Shown piece after piece: positions 46,771-58,419 of a DNA stretch of 59,442 nucleotides (position 1 is the first letter of the stretch; each line of letters starts with the position of its first letter). Source of the stretch: Hydrolagus colliei (taxonomy: Eukaryota); the NCBI GenBank assembly GCA_035084275.1, contig CM068774.1:624559-684000 (forward strand), given 5' to 3'. A program made the position numbers and the translations under genes. Under the pieces are notes generated by a model. The model was not told the origin of the DNA. It worked only from the letters and a program-made list of their open reading frames with translations, and ran no database searches.

Positions 46771-48663
46771 AACAACAACAACAACAACAACTTCGATTTA
46801 TATAGTGCCCTCCATGCCAGACGGCATCTCTGAGTGTTCCCAATAACGGATCCCAAAGCTGAGCCTGCGGCAGGGGGAAGAAAGTGACCGAAGGCGCGGT
46901 CGAAAAGAAAGGTCTTTAGCTGAGAACTGAAATTACGAAGAGAGGGAGCGAGGCGAAGGGAGTGAGGAAGGGAGTTCCTGAGCTTTGAGGCACAGTTGCT
47001 AAAGGCACGGCCGCCGATGGTGGGGGGGAGACAAGGAGGAGGCCAGACCCAGTGGAGTGAAGGAGTGTGTTGTTTTGAGGAGAGAGGAAGTAGGGAGGTA
47101 GGGGGTGCAGAGGAGTGGAGAGATTTGAAGACAAGAGTGAGCATCTTGAAATTGATCCTCTCTGAGACAGGAGACAGTGAAGTCTGGCAAAGACTGGGGT
47201 AATGGGGGAGCGAAGTTTGGTGCGGGTGAGAATGCGGGTGGCAGAGTTCTGTATGAGCTGGATTTTATGGATTGTAGTGGAGGGGAGACCGGCAAGGAGT
47301 GCATTTGAGTAGTCCAGCCAAGAGGTGACAAAGGCCAGAGTTTCAGTGGCTTTTGGGGCGAGACATTGCCGGATACGGGTGATACGTCGGAAGTGGAAAA
47401 AAGTGGTGCTTGTGAGGGATCGAACGTGGGACAGGAAGGACAGTTGGGGGTCGAATCTGATGCCAAGGTTGAGTATGGGTTCGGAGAGTTTTAGGGGCAG
47501 GTCAGGTAGATGGAGGAGGTGAGAGCCGTGTGATTGAAGACGTTGACGAGAGCCAAAGAGTATGGCTTCCGTCTTGTCAACATTCAGCTGCAGAAAATTC
47601 GCACTCATCCAGCTCCTGATGTCTGACAGGCTAACAGAACATCAGGGGACTGGGGGTCGCAAAGTGAAGAGGAGAAATAGAGTTGGGAGTCATCCGCGTA
47701 CATGTGGAAGTGTGCCCCATGTCTGCGGGTGACATCCCCAAGAGGGAGCGTGTAGATGAGCAAGAGAAGGGGGCCAAGGATGGATCCCTGGGGTACCCCA
47801 CAGGTAACTGGGTGAGATCGGGAGGAAAAGCCATTTGTGGAGATGTACTGCTGGCTGTTTGTGAGGTAGGACTCGAACCAGGCGAGTGCGGTCCCACTGA
47901 GGTGGATGATGGAGGACAGGCGGTGGAGGAGGATTGCGTGGTCAACATAGCAGACAGGTGCAGGAGGATAAGGAGGCAGAGGGAGCCCTTTTGACAATTA
48001 GAGAGGACATCGTTTGTAACTTTCACAAGCGTAGTCTCTGTACTGTGGACAGGGCGGAAACCGGATTGGAGGAGTTCAAATAAGGAATGGAAGGAGAGGT
48101 GGGCACAGAGTTGGTTGGCAACAATATGTTCGAGTGCTTTTGCACGGAAGGGTACGTTTGAAATAGGGAAGCAGTGGCTGGGATTTGAGGGATCTAGGGA
48201 AGGTTTTTTTGAGGAGTGGGGTGATGGCAGAAGTTTTGATGGGGGCAAGGACTGATCCTGTGGAGAGAGCCTGGTTTATGATGTCTACCAGCAGTGGGCA
48301 TCGGAGGGAGAGCTGGGTGACCAGTAAGTTGTTGGGAAGGGAGACTAGGCAGCAGGTGGTGGGCTCCATTAGAGTGATGGTACATGAGAGAAAGGAAGGA
48401 GAGATGGGGTAGAAGTAATGTTGGAAGGGGTTCTGGTAGGAGCTGATGATGGGGAGGGTGAGGAGGACAGAATGGGGGTGGTGGTGGTGGTGGGCGATGA
48501 GAGGCAGGAAGATGAGGCTGCCGGGAGGATATTGTATATTTTCTAGGAGAAGTCCATGACCTCCTCGCACTTCGCATTTGAAGTGAAGATTGAGGATGCC
48601 TGAGGGGATGTGATGGTGGCTGGTGAAAAAAAGGACTTGGGGGTTGTTTTTAGCCTCCAGGAT
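46771..48663 (-). mobile_element. Long L2 LINE (RT and 3' end, frameshifted); resumes at 51311-51345 beyond a DNA transposon
   Basis: LQSGFRPVHSTETTLVKVTND, GVPQGSILGPLL, HMYADDSQLY, FLQLNVDKTE; (AAC)n tail at 46771. Confidence 0.95.
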
Positions 48664-49539
48664 CAGGGCCGTACGCAGGATTTTTTTTGGGGGGGTGCGA
48701 ATTGCTAGTGATGGGACCAACAATGGCCGGGGGCTTGGGGGCTGCCCCCGAAGCCCCCTCGAGGTCTCCGACGTTTTACACAGTTTGAGGTCTTATTTAA
48801 TCAATTCAGAAGATCCGATATGAACGGTAAATGTTTCATGCCCTTGGTGTTTAAGAGCATCATTATTTATTCAGTGTTTATATTTTCCCCGGTAGTCCGT
48901 GTCTAATTGGGAAGGTCGAATGTGTTCACCGATAAAAGCAAACACGATTGTTGACTGGATGATGTAAGGAATGCGAACGATAAAGTAAATTACAATCCAA
49001 TTAACACAGTACAATAACGAATGCTTGATAAATGTATGCGTATAGAGAAAATGATCATAAACTACAGATTGACGGTAATTAATAAGTTGTTCTGCATTGT
49101 TATCCTAAGACTAAATTTCTTTCGGACTGTAATGAACAATAATGTAAGAGTAAAGTATGAATGATGTGCTCAGATATTCCAGCAAAGCAAATTTTATAAA
49201 AGACAAGAAAATATACAGAAACTGAAAATCAGTGTCAAACAGTTAATTCACACATGTTACAAGCCTGTTATCAGCATTATCCTGAAAATATCGTTGAACT
49301 GTGAGCAATAGTGTAGTTAGTTTTTATTTATTTATTTAGAATCAAAATGAAAGGCAGTGACCCATCAAGCAATTCTGATCTGACGAAAAAATACTTGAAA
49401 AAATAAGGGAGGGGAAATTAATTCTTTAATAGCGTTCCGTATTCGAGACGCCTCGGTCGCTTTGAAGCCAATACGTCAACCGCTCTACCAATATCGATTT
49501 CCATATTATAATGAATGTGCATTAACGCGAGGGCTGAAA

Positions 49540-49845
49540 GTCGCTCCTATACGGAGCAGAATGCTGGACACTTAGGCAAACCCAGGAGATTAGGTGACTC
49601 GTGAGGTATATACCAGGCTTCTAAGAGACGCCCTGAACGTTTACTGGCGACAGCATCTGACAAATAGGGAGCTATATGGTACACTACCACACTGGTATCA
49701 CAGACATTACCGCAGAGGCGTCTTAGGTTTAGCGGACATAGCTGGAGAAGCCGGGAGGAAACTGTCCATAGTGCTACTATCCTATGGGAACCATTGCACG
49801 GTCACAGAACACGAGGTAGACCGACCCTAACCTACCTCGCTACAT
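49540..49845 (+). mobile_element. RTE-clade LINE fragment inside the DNA transposon
   Basis: LLYGAECWTL...YTRLLRDALNVYWRQHLTNRELYGTLP...LWEPLHGHRTRGRPTLTY. Confidence 0.8.
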
Positions 49846-50199
49846 GAAATGCACGGATTATATTATTATTCAAAGAGAGAAAGAGTGACTTTCAGAGGAG
49901 TCGCGTTGAAGAGATTTGTGTAGGAAGAGCTGTTGCTTTGCAGACTCGACTGCACCTGTCCTTTATATCCCGCTGGTGTGAGGCAGCAGTTCTGGGGACC
50001 TCAACTCTAACAGGTGCAGGTTAACAATCCTTTAAGTTATAGCCAATTACGTGACACTGCCCACAAACCCTGAAAAGAAATCTCAGTTGTCAATCAGTCA
50101 GATATGCAACCTCGACCTTGGGAATGTCTTCAGATTCAGAGGCACTGAGTAGGAGGGAAAGAAAGTTTCCCACAGGTGATAGAAGACAGCAGCATCACC

Positions 50200-50610
50200 T
50201 GGCGAGTCGCCTGGCACAGTGAATAGCACTCTGGCCTCTGAGTCAGAAAGTTGTGGGTTCAAACCCCACGTCGGCACTCGGTATCACACAGAGGAAGCTG
50301 ACACTTCAATGTGGTGCTGTGGGGGGGGGGGGGGGGGGGGGGTTAGAGGCTGTTCTTTTGGTTGAGATGCTGAACCGAGGTCTGATCCGTCTGTTTAGAT
50401 GGATGTGAAAAGATCCTCTGACACTACTCGAAAAGCGGAGGGAAGTCTCTCTCCTGTTGTCCTGGCCAACAAACGCCCCCAAATAAAATCGGTGACTCAC
50501 TCCATCGGTGTTTGTGGGACAATCCTGGGCAAAAACTGGCCACTTTACAGTACGTTCTGTGAAGCGCTCTGAGCTGTCTGACAATGTACTAAGGCACTAT
50601 TATCAATTGC
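50200..50610 (+). mobile_element. DeuSINE-like element inside the DNA transposon
   Basis: tRNA head (TGGCACAGTGAATAGC, GGTTCAAACCC); central ...GAGATGCTGAACCGAGG...GATGTGAAAGATCC...GTCCTGGCCAA recalls the Deu domain; L2-type tail. Confidence 0.65.
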
Positions 50611-51814
50611 TAACATTATCAGATTAAAATACGATTTCAGCTTCCACAAAGTGGTGCTACCTTTTTATGTAGTGACTGTATACGGGATGATTTCCGATTG
50701 ACACACCACGTGGAATAGGCGCTAAAGCCTAGGTCTATGTCCATGAGTATCTTTTTAAAGATAGGCATTCCCGTCCAGACACATATAACTTTTTTGTTGG
50801 GTTCTCAAAAGCTTTAATTTCTCAGAATCTTGTAAATATGTTGTCATTGTTTGCTAGCATTACAGTCACACCTCTCAAAACTTGAGCAATTTTTACTTAC
50901 GGTGATCAGATGAAAAGATGATTTTAACTCCAGAATTGGTGCTGCCCCTTGTGGCTGTTTACGGGATGATTTCCAAACGAGGATTTGAGTCTTGGCGCCT
51001 ATGTTTATCCAATCACGAGTCACAGACTCGCCGCGTCATGGACTGGTCTATCGACGCGGTATGTTTTGGGGTAGACGCCGATTCTGGTGCGCGACTCGAT
51101 AATTTTATATTAATACTAAAACATTCAAAGATGTGTGTTCATAATTTATACATAGTTTTGAAGAAATGATTGTTACTCAAATGTTCAATAAATTTACTTG
51201 GTATTTAAATTTGATAAAAAAATGCAATTCTCTACCCCGGAAAATGTGGACCTTTTATAATTTGGGGGGGTGCGTACGCACCCGTCGCACCCCCCCTGCG
51301 TACGGCCTTGAGGATGATGATGCAGTAGTACTCTGTTTTCACACGTGACAAAGAACAGCGGTAATAATAATAATAATAATAGTAATAATCCTTACATTTA
51401 TATAGCGCTTTCCACATCTTATTGATGTCTCTGTAGCTGTAGAGATGCTCAAGCCACAGTTGGTGGTGAATGGTCAAACCGGTTTTCTGCCACCTGCACT
51501 CGGGCAGTTGAGATTTTGGTTTTAATGAGCAAAGATGAGTATTATACCAGGGGGATCAGGCTGTGATAGAAGAAATATAAAGGGTGTGTGGGCACCACAT
51601 GCCTAATAATAATTCATCCAAAATAAACCTATAATAAATTGGTCATTTCAATCCATGACTGTTTTGGGGAAACTGCTGTGCACAATTGTCTGCTGCATTT
51701 CACCCACAAATATGCAGTCAATTCACTTTACAGTATATTCTGTGAAGCGCTTTGAGATGTCTTGAAGATGTGGAAAGCACTATGTCAAATGAAAGGATTA
51801 TTATTATTGTTACT

Positions 51815-52760
51815 GATGGAGCTGTGGAAGTAGAGCATTTTGAGACCAGAATTGAAGGAGAGTTGGTAGCTGGCAAGGGTGGAGAGATTGCGGAATGGAA
51901 TTTCAAAGGTTGGAGGCAGAGGTACTGAAGGCTCGCCCACCAATAGTGGGGCAGGTGAGATGGGAAATGTGAAGCAGGCTGGAGCCTGCTGAGTGGAGGG
52001 GGCGGACAAACTTGTAGGGGGTAAGGAGTAGAGAGTACAGAGGTATGGGGCGCAAGGCCACAGAGGTGTTTGAAGGTGAGGACCAGGATCTTGAATTGAA
52101 TCTTCTGTGTGATGGGAAGCCAGTGGAGTTGGGTGAGGATACGGGGTGATAGGTTTGCAGAGACTGGTGTGGGAGAAGACATGGGCTGCAGAGTTCTGGA
52201 TGATTTGTAACCGACAGAAGGAGGAATCGGGAGGCTGACAAGCAGGGCGTTTGCAAAATCGAGCCTGGACGTAATGAAGGCATGAATGAGGGTTTCAATA
52301 GCCTGAGGGGTGAGGTAGAGGTAGAGTCAACCAAAGTTGCAGAGGAAAGGTAGAGCAGGTCATGGCATGAATGTGAGGGAGAATAAACAGTTGAGGATCG
52401 AACAAGACACCTAGGTTCCTGACTGGCTCGGTGAGGCTGAGTGTTCAACCATGGAGATGTCTGAGATGCAGAGGTACTATCCAATCAGGTCTGCCTTGGT
52501 CTTATTAACATTCAACTGTAGAAAGTTAGCTCTCATCCAAGACTTGATGTCCGACAGGCATTCTCTCAGGACAGAAGTGGTCCTGGAATCGAGGGTAAAG
52601 GTCGCAAGATAGAGTTGGGTGTTATCCACAGACATATGGAAGTTGACATGTTTGCGGATAGTGTCATTAATGAGGAAAATCTAGATGTTGAAATGGAGAG
52701 GGTCAAGGAGAGAACCCTGGCGGATGCTATAAGGACAGTGCAGGGGTTGGAGGAGAAGCC
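51815..52760 (-). mobile_element. Decayed L2 LINE 3' fragment
   Basis: LHWLPITQKIQFKILVLTFKHLCGLAP and upstream RT remnants. Confidence 0.85.
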
Positions 52761-52789
52761 GTTAGTCGTCTCTAACCATAGCCATCAGT

Positions 52790-54082
52790 AGATAGAAACA
52801 GAATCTGCGTGTATAGAGATGAAAGATAAGAAGAGATCAATCATACAATTAGGTGTACTCTATAGACCATCTACTAGTGGAAGGTGGAGGAAAAAGTATG
52901 CAATAAAATTAGGAATTGCGTAAGAGACATTAAGAAACATAGAGTAACAATCATGGAAAATTTTAAATGAATTGGTCAGAAGAGGCAATGAAAGTGGATG
53001 ATGAAATGGAGTTCCTTCAATCTATAAAGACAACTTCCTACTCAGTATCAGTGAGAGGCCCAACAAAAGGAGAATCCCTGCTGGATTGGAAATGGGAAAT
53101 GATTCACAGCAGATAAGAGAAGTATGAATAGGGGAACATCTGGGCAATAGAATCATAGAAACGTGCAGCACAAAAGGAGGCCATTCGGCCCATCGAGTCT
53201 GTGCCGACTCTTTGAAAAGAGCAATTTAATTCCACGCCCCAGCTCTCTCTCACTATAAACCCGTCTTCCCCAAATAAATGTCTACCTCTCTTTTAAAGGT
53301 TGTTATTGAATCAGCCTCCACCACCTTTTCAGGCAATGCATTCCAGATTCGAACAAACCACTGAGTGAGTGAAAACATTTCTCCTCAGCTCCCCTCTGCT
53401 TCTTTCTGAAACTATTTTAAATCTGTGACCATGAGTCACTGATACGCCCACCAGTGGAAACAGTTTTTCCCAATTTACTCTTTCAAATCCTCTCATGATC
53501 TTGGAAAACCTCTACTAGGTTTCCTCATAACTTTCTCTGTTACAACGAGAATAAACCCAGCCTCTCTAGTCTTTCCTCATAACTGAAGTCTCTCATTCCT
53601 GGTACCATCCTAGTAAATCTCCTCTGCACCCTTTCCAATGCCTTAACATACTTCCTAAAGTGTGGTGACCAGAATTGAACACAGTACTCCAGCTGAGGCC
53701 TAACCAAAGTTTTGTAGAGTTTAGTCAGAACTTCCCAATTTTTATACACTATACCTCTATTTATAAAGCCTCGTATCCCATATGCTTTTCTAACTAATTG
53801 TCTACCTGTCCTGCCACCTTCAAAGACTCATTTACACAAACCCCCAGTTCTCTCTGTTCCTTCACATCCCTTAAAACTATACTACCCAGCCACTATTGCC
53901 TCCGCTCATTTCTCCTCCCAAAATGCATCACCTCACATTGTCTATATTAAATTTCATCTGCCGTGTGTCTGCCCACTTTACCAATCGATCAATATCTTCT
54001 TGCAGTTGGGTACTATCTTCCCCACTAATTACTATTTTTCCAAACTTTGTGTCATCTGCAAACTTGGAAATGGTGCTCCCTA
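52790..54082. mobile_element. Two opposed CR1 fragments: + strand endonuclease remnant (~52790-53150) and - strand 3' fragment (~53150-54082)
   Basis: GVLYRP...GEHLGN on the + strand; SKFADDTK and LVRPQLEYCVQFWSPHFRK on the - strand. Confidence 0.85.
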
Positions 54083-54748
54083 CACCCTGTACCATCCTGG
54101 TAGAGTAATGCAACAGAGAAGTCAAGAACGACAAGGAAGCAGAGAGATGCCTGATCTCAAATACACAGAATGTAATTTGAGGCTTTGACCAGGGCTGTTT
54201 CTGGGCTGTGGTAACCGGATTGGAGGGGTTCAAAGAGGCAATGGCTGGAGAGGAAAGAGCAAAGCCAGGATGTGAAATCTCATTCCAAGTCCTTGGAAAG
54301 GAATGGGTGGTTGGAGATGATGTGGTGCACACACTGACACACACAGTGCACACACAAACACACACACACTGCATCATCAGCTTGCACTAGGTATGTAAGC
54401 TCAAAGTTTCCATCATAAGAGAATGAACATACAGCCTTCTGACTGAGAGGCGAGAGCTCTAAACAAAAATAGAGCATTAATATTCACCTCAAATAGATAA
54501 GATCTAGTTAAAAAATGCTCCCCTGAGTTGAACAATCCTCTCTGAGTACTGCCCAGTTTGAAGAGAACTCCTCCTCAACTTATTCACCGATTACTAAACT
54601 TCCTTTGGTGTGTCGTAAACAATTGTACAGTATATCCACAGCTCTGAATCAATGTGAGTGTGAGACGGAGTGTGAGAGAGAGAGTTTTGCAAGAGATTAG
54701 CATTGGACTTTCTGCAAACAGGTTGCGAGTTGCTCTGTGTCTGGGACC

Positions 54749-54773
54749 ATGCACACTGAAGTCCTTGTTGTGG
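54749..54773 (+). CDS. First coding exon of a second EGF-containing, probably ADGRE-like gene B
   Basis: accATG; MHTEVLVV + G|GTAAGT, phase 1. ETS/PU.1-like AAACTTCCTTT lies ~150 bp upstream. Confidence 0.6.
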
Positions 54774-55039
54774 GTAAGTTAGTTCAGGACACTAGTGTGT
54801 GAGCAACACATTGACTGTCTGTTTGACTATTTTAAATTGATATTTGCTTCTCTCTATCCTTCCTCTTTATTGGACTGATCGAACAAAACCTTCCTGTTCT
54901 ATCTTTCTCTCTGACTTATCTGTCACTCTTTTTCTCTGTCGCTCCTGTCCTTCTCTTTCTTTCTGCCTCTTTGAGATATAAAATTCCTCTCCCCTCTTTT
55001 TCTCTCTCTTATGTTGGACCCCCAAATAATAATAAGGAT

Positions 55040-55870
55040 AATAATCTGTGTATTTGATGTACAGCATTACCCGTGTCTGCTCTTTCTGTTACCCCTTCAA
55101 AGAACTCAATGAGATGGGACCTTCCTTTCAGAAATCCTTGCTGACTATTCTTTGTTAGGCTTTCCATTTCTAAATACTTTCCTATTACCTCCGTCAGTAA
55201 GGATTCCATTTCCTTTCTTACCACCGATGTTAAGCTGATAAGTATATACTTCCCTGTTATTATTCTATCTCCCTTTTTCAATATAAAGATAACATTAGCT
55301 ATCCTCCAGTTCCCCAGTCCTATTTAGCTATATCCTGTTTTTCAGCTGAATATAATTCTCCTGGACTCTATTGATCAATGTTTCCCACTGCTGCTCTACC
55401 TCTTTATTTATGTTGCAAAGTTCCATTCTCATCCTCTCAAAATCAGCTTTTTTCCAACTATTACCCTGGTCTTTGTGATATTCATGTCCTTCTCAATCAC
55501 TAACTTATTTCTTATTAAGTTATGATCGCTATTGTCGGGATGTTCCCCAACTCGTACTTACCTTCTCAGCTCTGATTCATTTCCCATTGCTAAACCAGCA
55601 GGGATTCCCCTTTCATTGGGACTCTTCCATACTGAGTAGGAAGGAGTCTGTATATATCGAAGCAATTCCATTTTGTTATCCCCTTTAACTGCTTCTTCTA
55701 GCCAATTGATGTGAAATCCCCCATAATTGTTACTCTGTGCCTCTAATGTCTCTTACCCAATTCCTAATTTTCTTGCATATTTGTTCCTCTACCTTCCACT
55801 ATCAGATAGTCTAGAGAGTACCCCTGATTGTGTGATTGATCGCTTCGTATCTTTTATCGCAATGTTCAAT
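55040..55870 (-). mobile_element. Decayed CR1 fragments
   Basis: ISLTSVVRK...SQQGFLKGRSHLIEFFEGVT; endonuclease remnants further along. Confidence 0.8.
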
Positions 55871-57476
55871 TGCCAGTCCTGTTCTTTGTGTAAGCACAGT
55901 TCAGTTATTGCTACACCAACAAAATGACATTCATAGAGCGCTTTTCACATTGGGAGGATCTCCCAAGGCACTGAACAGTGAGGAGTCGAGACCACAGCAT
56001 GGGGGAGGGATAGAGTTGGGGAGAGAGGAGGGAGAGTGGTGAGAGGGCGGTAGAAGGCACGATCGTAAAAGAGAGTCTTGAGGCTGGCCTGGAAGTATGC
56101 AACAGAGGAAGTGAGGCAAAGGACTATTGGATGGAGTTCCAGAAAATGGAGCAGAGAGGCTGGAAGCCTGGCCACTGATGGTAGGATGGGTCGGCCAGAG
56201 AATATGGAGCAGACTGGAAGGGGCGAGTTGGAAACCATATCTGCTAACTATATCTGCTTCTGCCCCACAAATTACTGCCTGCAGTTCATCTGTTATAATT
56301 TGGATACTGTGTACATTGTTTTAGAGACAGATCAATTCAGTACTGTATTATTAATGTTCCTCTCACTTTATTTTGACAGACAGACTGTTCACATTTATGT
56401 TCTAAGATTGTATTAATTCCCTGTCCATTAGTATTCTCCTTATTCCTTCCGCCAACCACGACCCCTCCCCCCCTGCTCTGGTCCCTACCTCTTTTCCCCC
56501 TTTTCTTCCCTCTTGTCCTCTCCCGTCCCGTCCCCCCCTTCCCCCCCCCCGTACCCCCCACTCTGGTCCCAACCTTGGGACATTGTTGTATTCCGTGAAG
56601 CACTTTGAGACGTCGATAAGATGTGGAAAGCGCTATATAAATGTAAGGATTATTATTTTATTATGATAGACAATCACCCATGGAGGTGCCCCACAAACAG
56701 TCATGGACTGAGTGAACAAATTAGCGTTGTTTCATTTATTTTTAAATAAACTCTTCTCAACCAATTACCATGATGTCTCCACTTGGCAGACACTCGCCTG
56801 CCCTGCCTCCCTCCCTCCCGGCCCGGCTACCCCAATAAACAATCAGGCCTTCAGACTTGCTGTCTCCCACCCCTGGAACTCCATCCCAGAACCCCTTCAC
56901 CTTATGCCATCCCTTGCCTCCTTAAAGATCATTTCAAGACCTTCCTTTTAGACCGCATTTCCTACTCCTAGCTTTGCACAATGCTAATTGCCTCCCTGAT
57001 GCACGCTTCAAATACGGCTCACTATACACGCCTGAATCCACAGGCATGTGTTTGATGCACACAGAGTGTGTGAGGGGCAATATCAGTTTGGCTCAGGTAG
57101 CAGTGTCCTTGCTGCTGGGTAAACAGGTTGAGGTTTCAAGACTCGCATTGAGCTCAGTGCAGTACTTTGCTCACAAACATACAGTCAATTCACTTTACAG
57201 TATATTCTGTGAAGCGCTTTGAGATGCCTCAAAGACGTGATAAAGCACAGTATCAAATGCAACAATTAATTATTATTATTATTTAATATTACTGAGCTAC
57301 GAGACACTGCACTGTCAGGTCTATTGACCTGATCACTTCCTCAATTGTACTCTTCCGCCCATGGAAATATCTTCTCCCTGAGACCCTCACTTGTGAGGTG
57401 AGAGGTCTAACCACTGAGCTGCAGGACTCCGCGTATGGAATGTCAGTTGTTGTAAACGTGTTCTGGTTGTTTTCAG

Positions 57477-57569
57477 GGATGTGGGTTTGCAGCGTGTGGT
57501 ATCCACAGCTTGTCACAAGCCAGGTCTGCAACAATGGTTATCAGCTTTCAGATAATTATGTCTGTGTTG
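57477..57569 (+). CDS. Gene B exon 2 (signal-peptide end plus half-EGF)
   Basis: Acceptor ttctggttgttttcag, donor GTGAGT; 93 nt, phase 1-1. Reads (G)MWVCSVWYPQLVTSQVCNNGYQLSDNYVCV; CxxGY...C followed by G of a likely Asp codon, as before a calcium-binding EGF. Confidence 0.7.
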
Positions 57570-58419
57570 GTGAGTCTCAAACTACAATTGAAGCCATCCG
57601 TACCACCTCTGTCTCCGTTCTCCACCTGTCCTCCCCCTAATCTCCTCCGTTCCTCTCTCTCCACTCTTCATCTCCTCTCCTTCCCCTCCTATCTCCCTTC
57701 TCTCCACCTCTTTCCATCCTTTCACCTCCCTCCCCTCCCCTCCTCTCTCCGCTCCTCTCCTCTTCTCTCCTCCCTCCCCTCCCTCCCATCTTCTCTTATT
57801 TCTTCTCTCCCTTCTCTCTCCTCCCACTCTTTCTTTCTCCTCCCTCCCTTCTCTCCCCTCCTTCCCCAACTCTCTCTTCACTCTCCATCTCTCGTATCCC
57901 TCCTCTCTCCCCTCCTCCCCACTCCCTCACATCTTCTCCTTGCACTCTCTCCTCTTTCCCCTCCTCTCCTCCTTCTCTTCTCTCTTCCCTCCCATCCTCT
58001 ATCTCCGCTCCCCACCTCATTCACCCCCACCCCCGCCACAACCCCACCATCCCAGGCCTTTCTGCCCCCACCCTCTGAAACTCCATCACAGAGCCTCTCA
58101 TCTCACCCCTGCCCTGGGCTGCTTTCAAGAACCGTCTCAAGACCTTCTAGTTTGAGTCCTGTTGCTCAGTGGTTAGAGCACTTGCCTCACAAGCGAGAGA
58201 CTTGGGTTCAATTCCTGGCCGGCTCCACACGCTGATAATAATCCCTCCCAAAGAAACAATAGTACAGTAATTAGTTCACTCAATTCATGACAGTTTGTGG
58301 GATACTGCAGTGTGCAAACAGCTGCCGCGTTTCGCCCACAAATACACAATCAATTCACTTAACAATATATTCTGTGAATCACTTTGAGACATCTAGAAGA
58401 AGTGATGAGTATGAAATGA

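Larger units (their letters stand above)
48664..51310. mobile_element. 2.65-kb non-autonomous DNA transposon (hAT-like termini, 5-bp TSD)
   Basis: TIR CAGGGCCGTACGCAGG / CCTGCGTACGGCCTTG; AGGAT on both sides. The empty site restores the L2 frame KTEYYCIIILEAKNNPQ. No transposase ORF seen. Confidence 0.88.
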
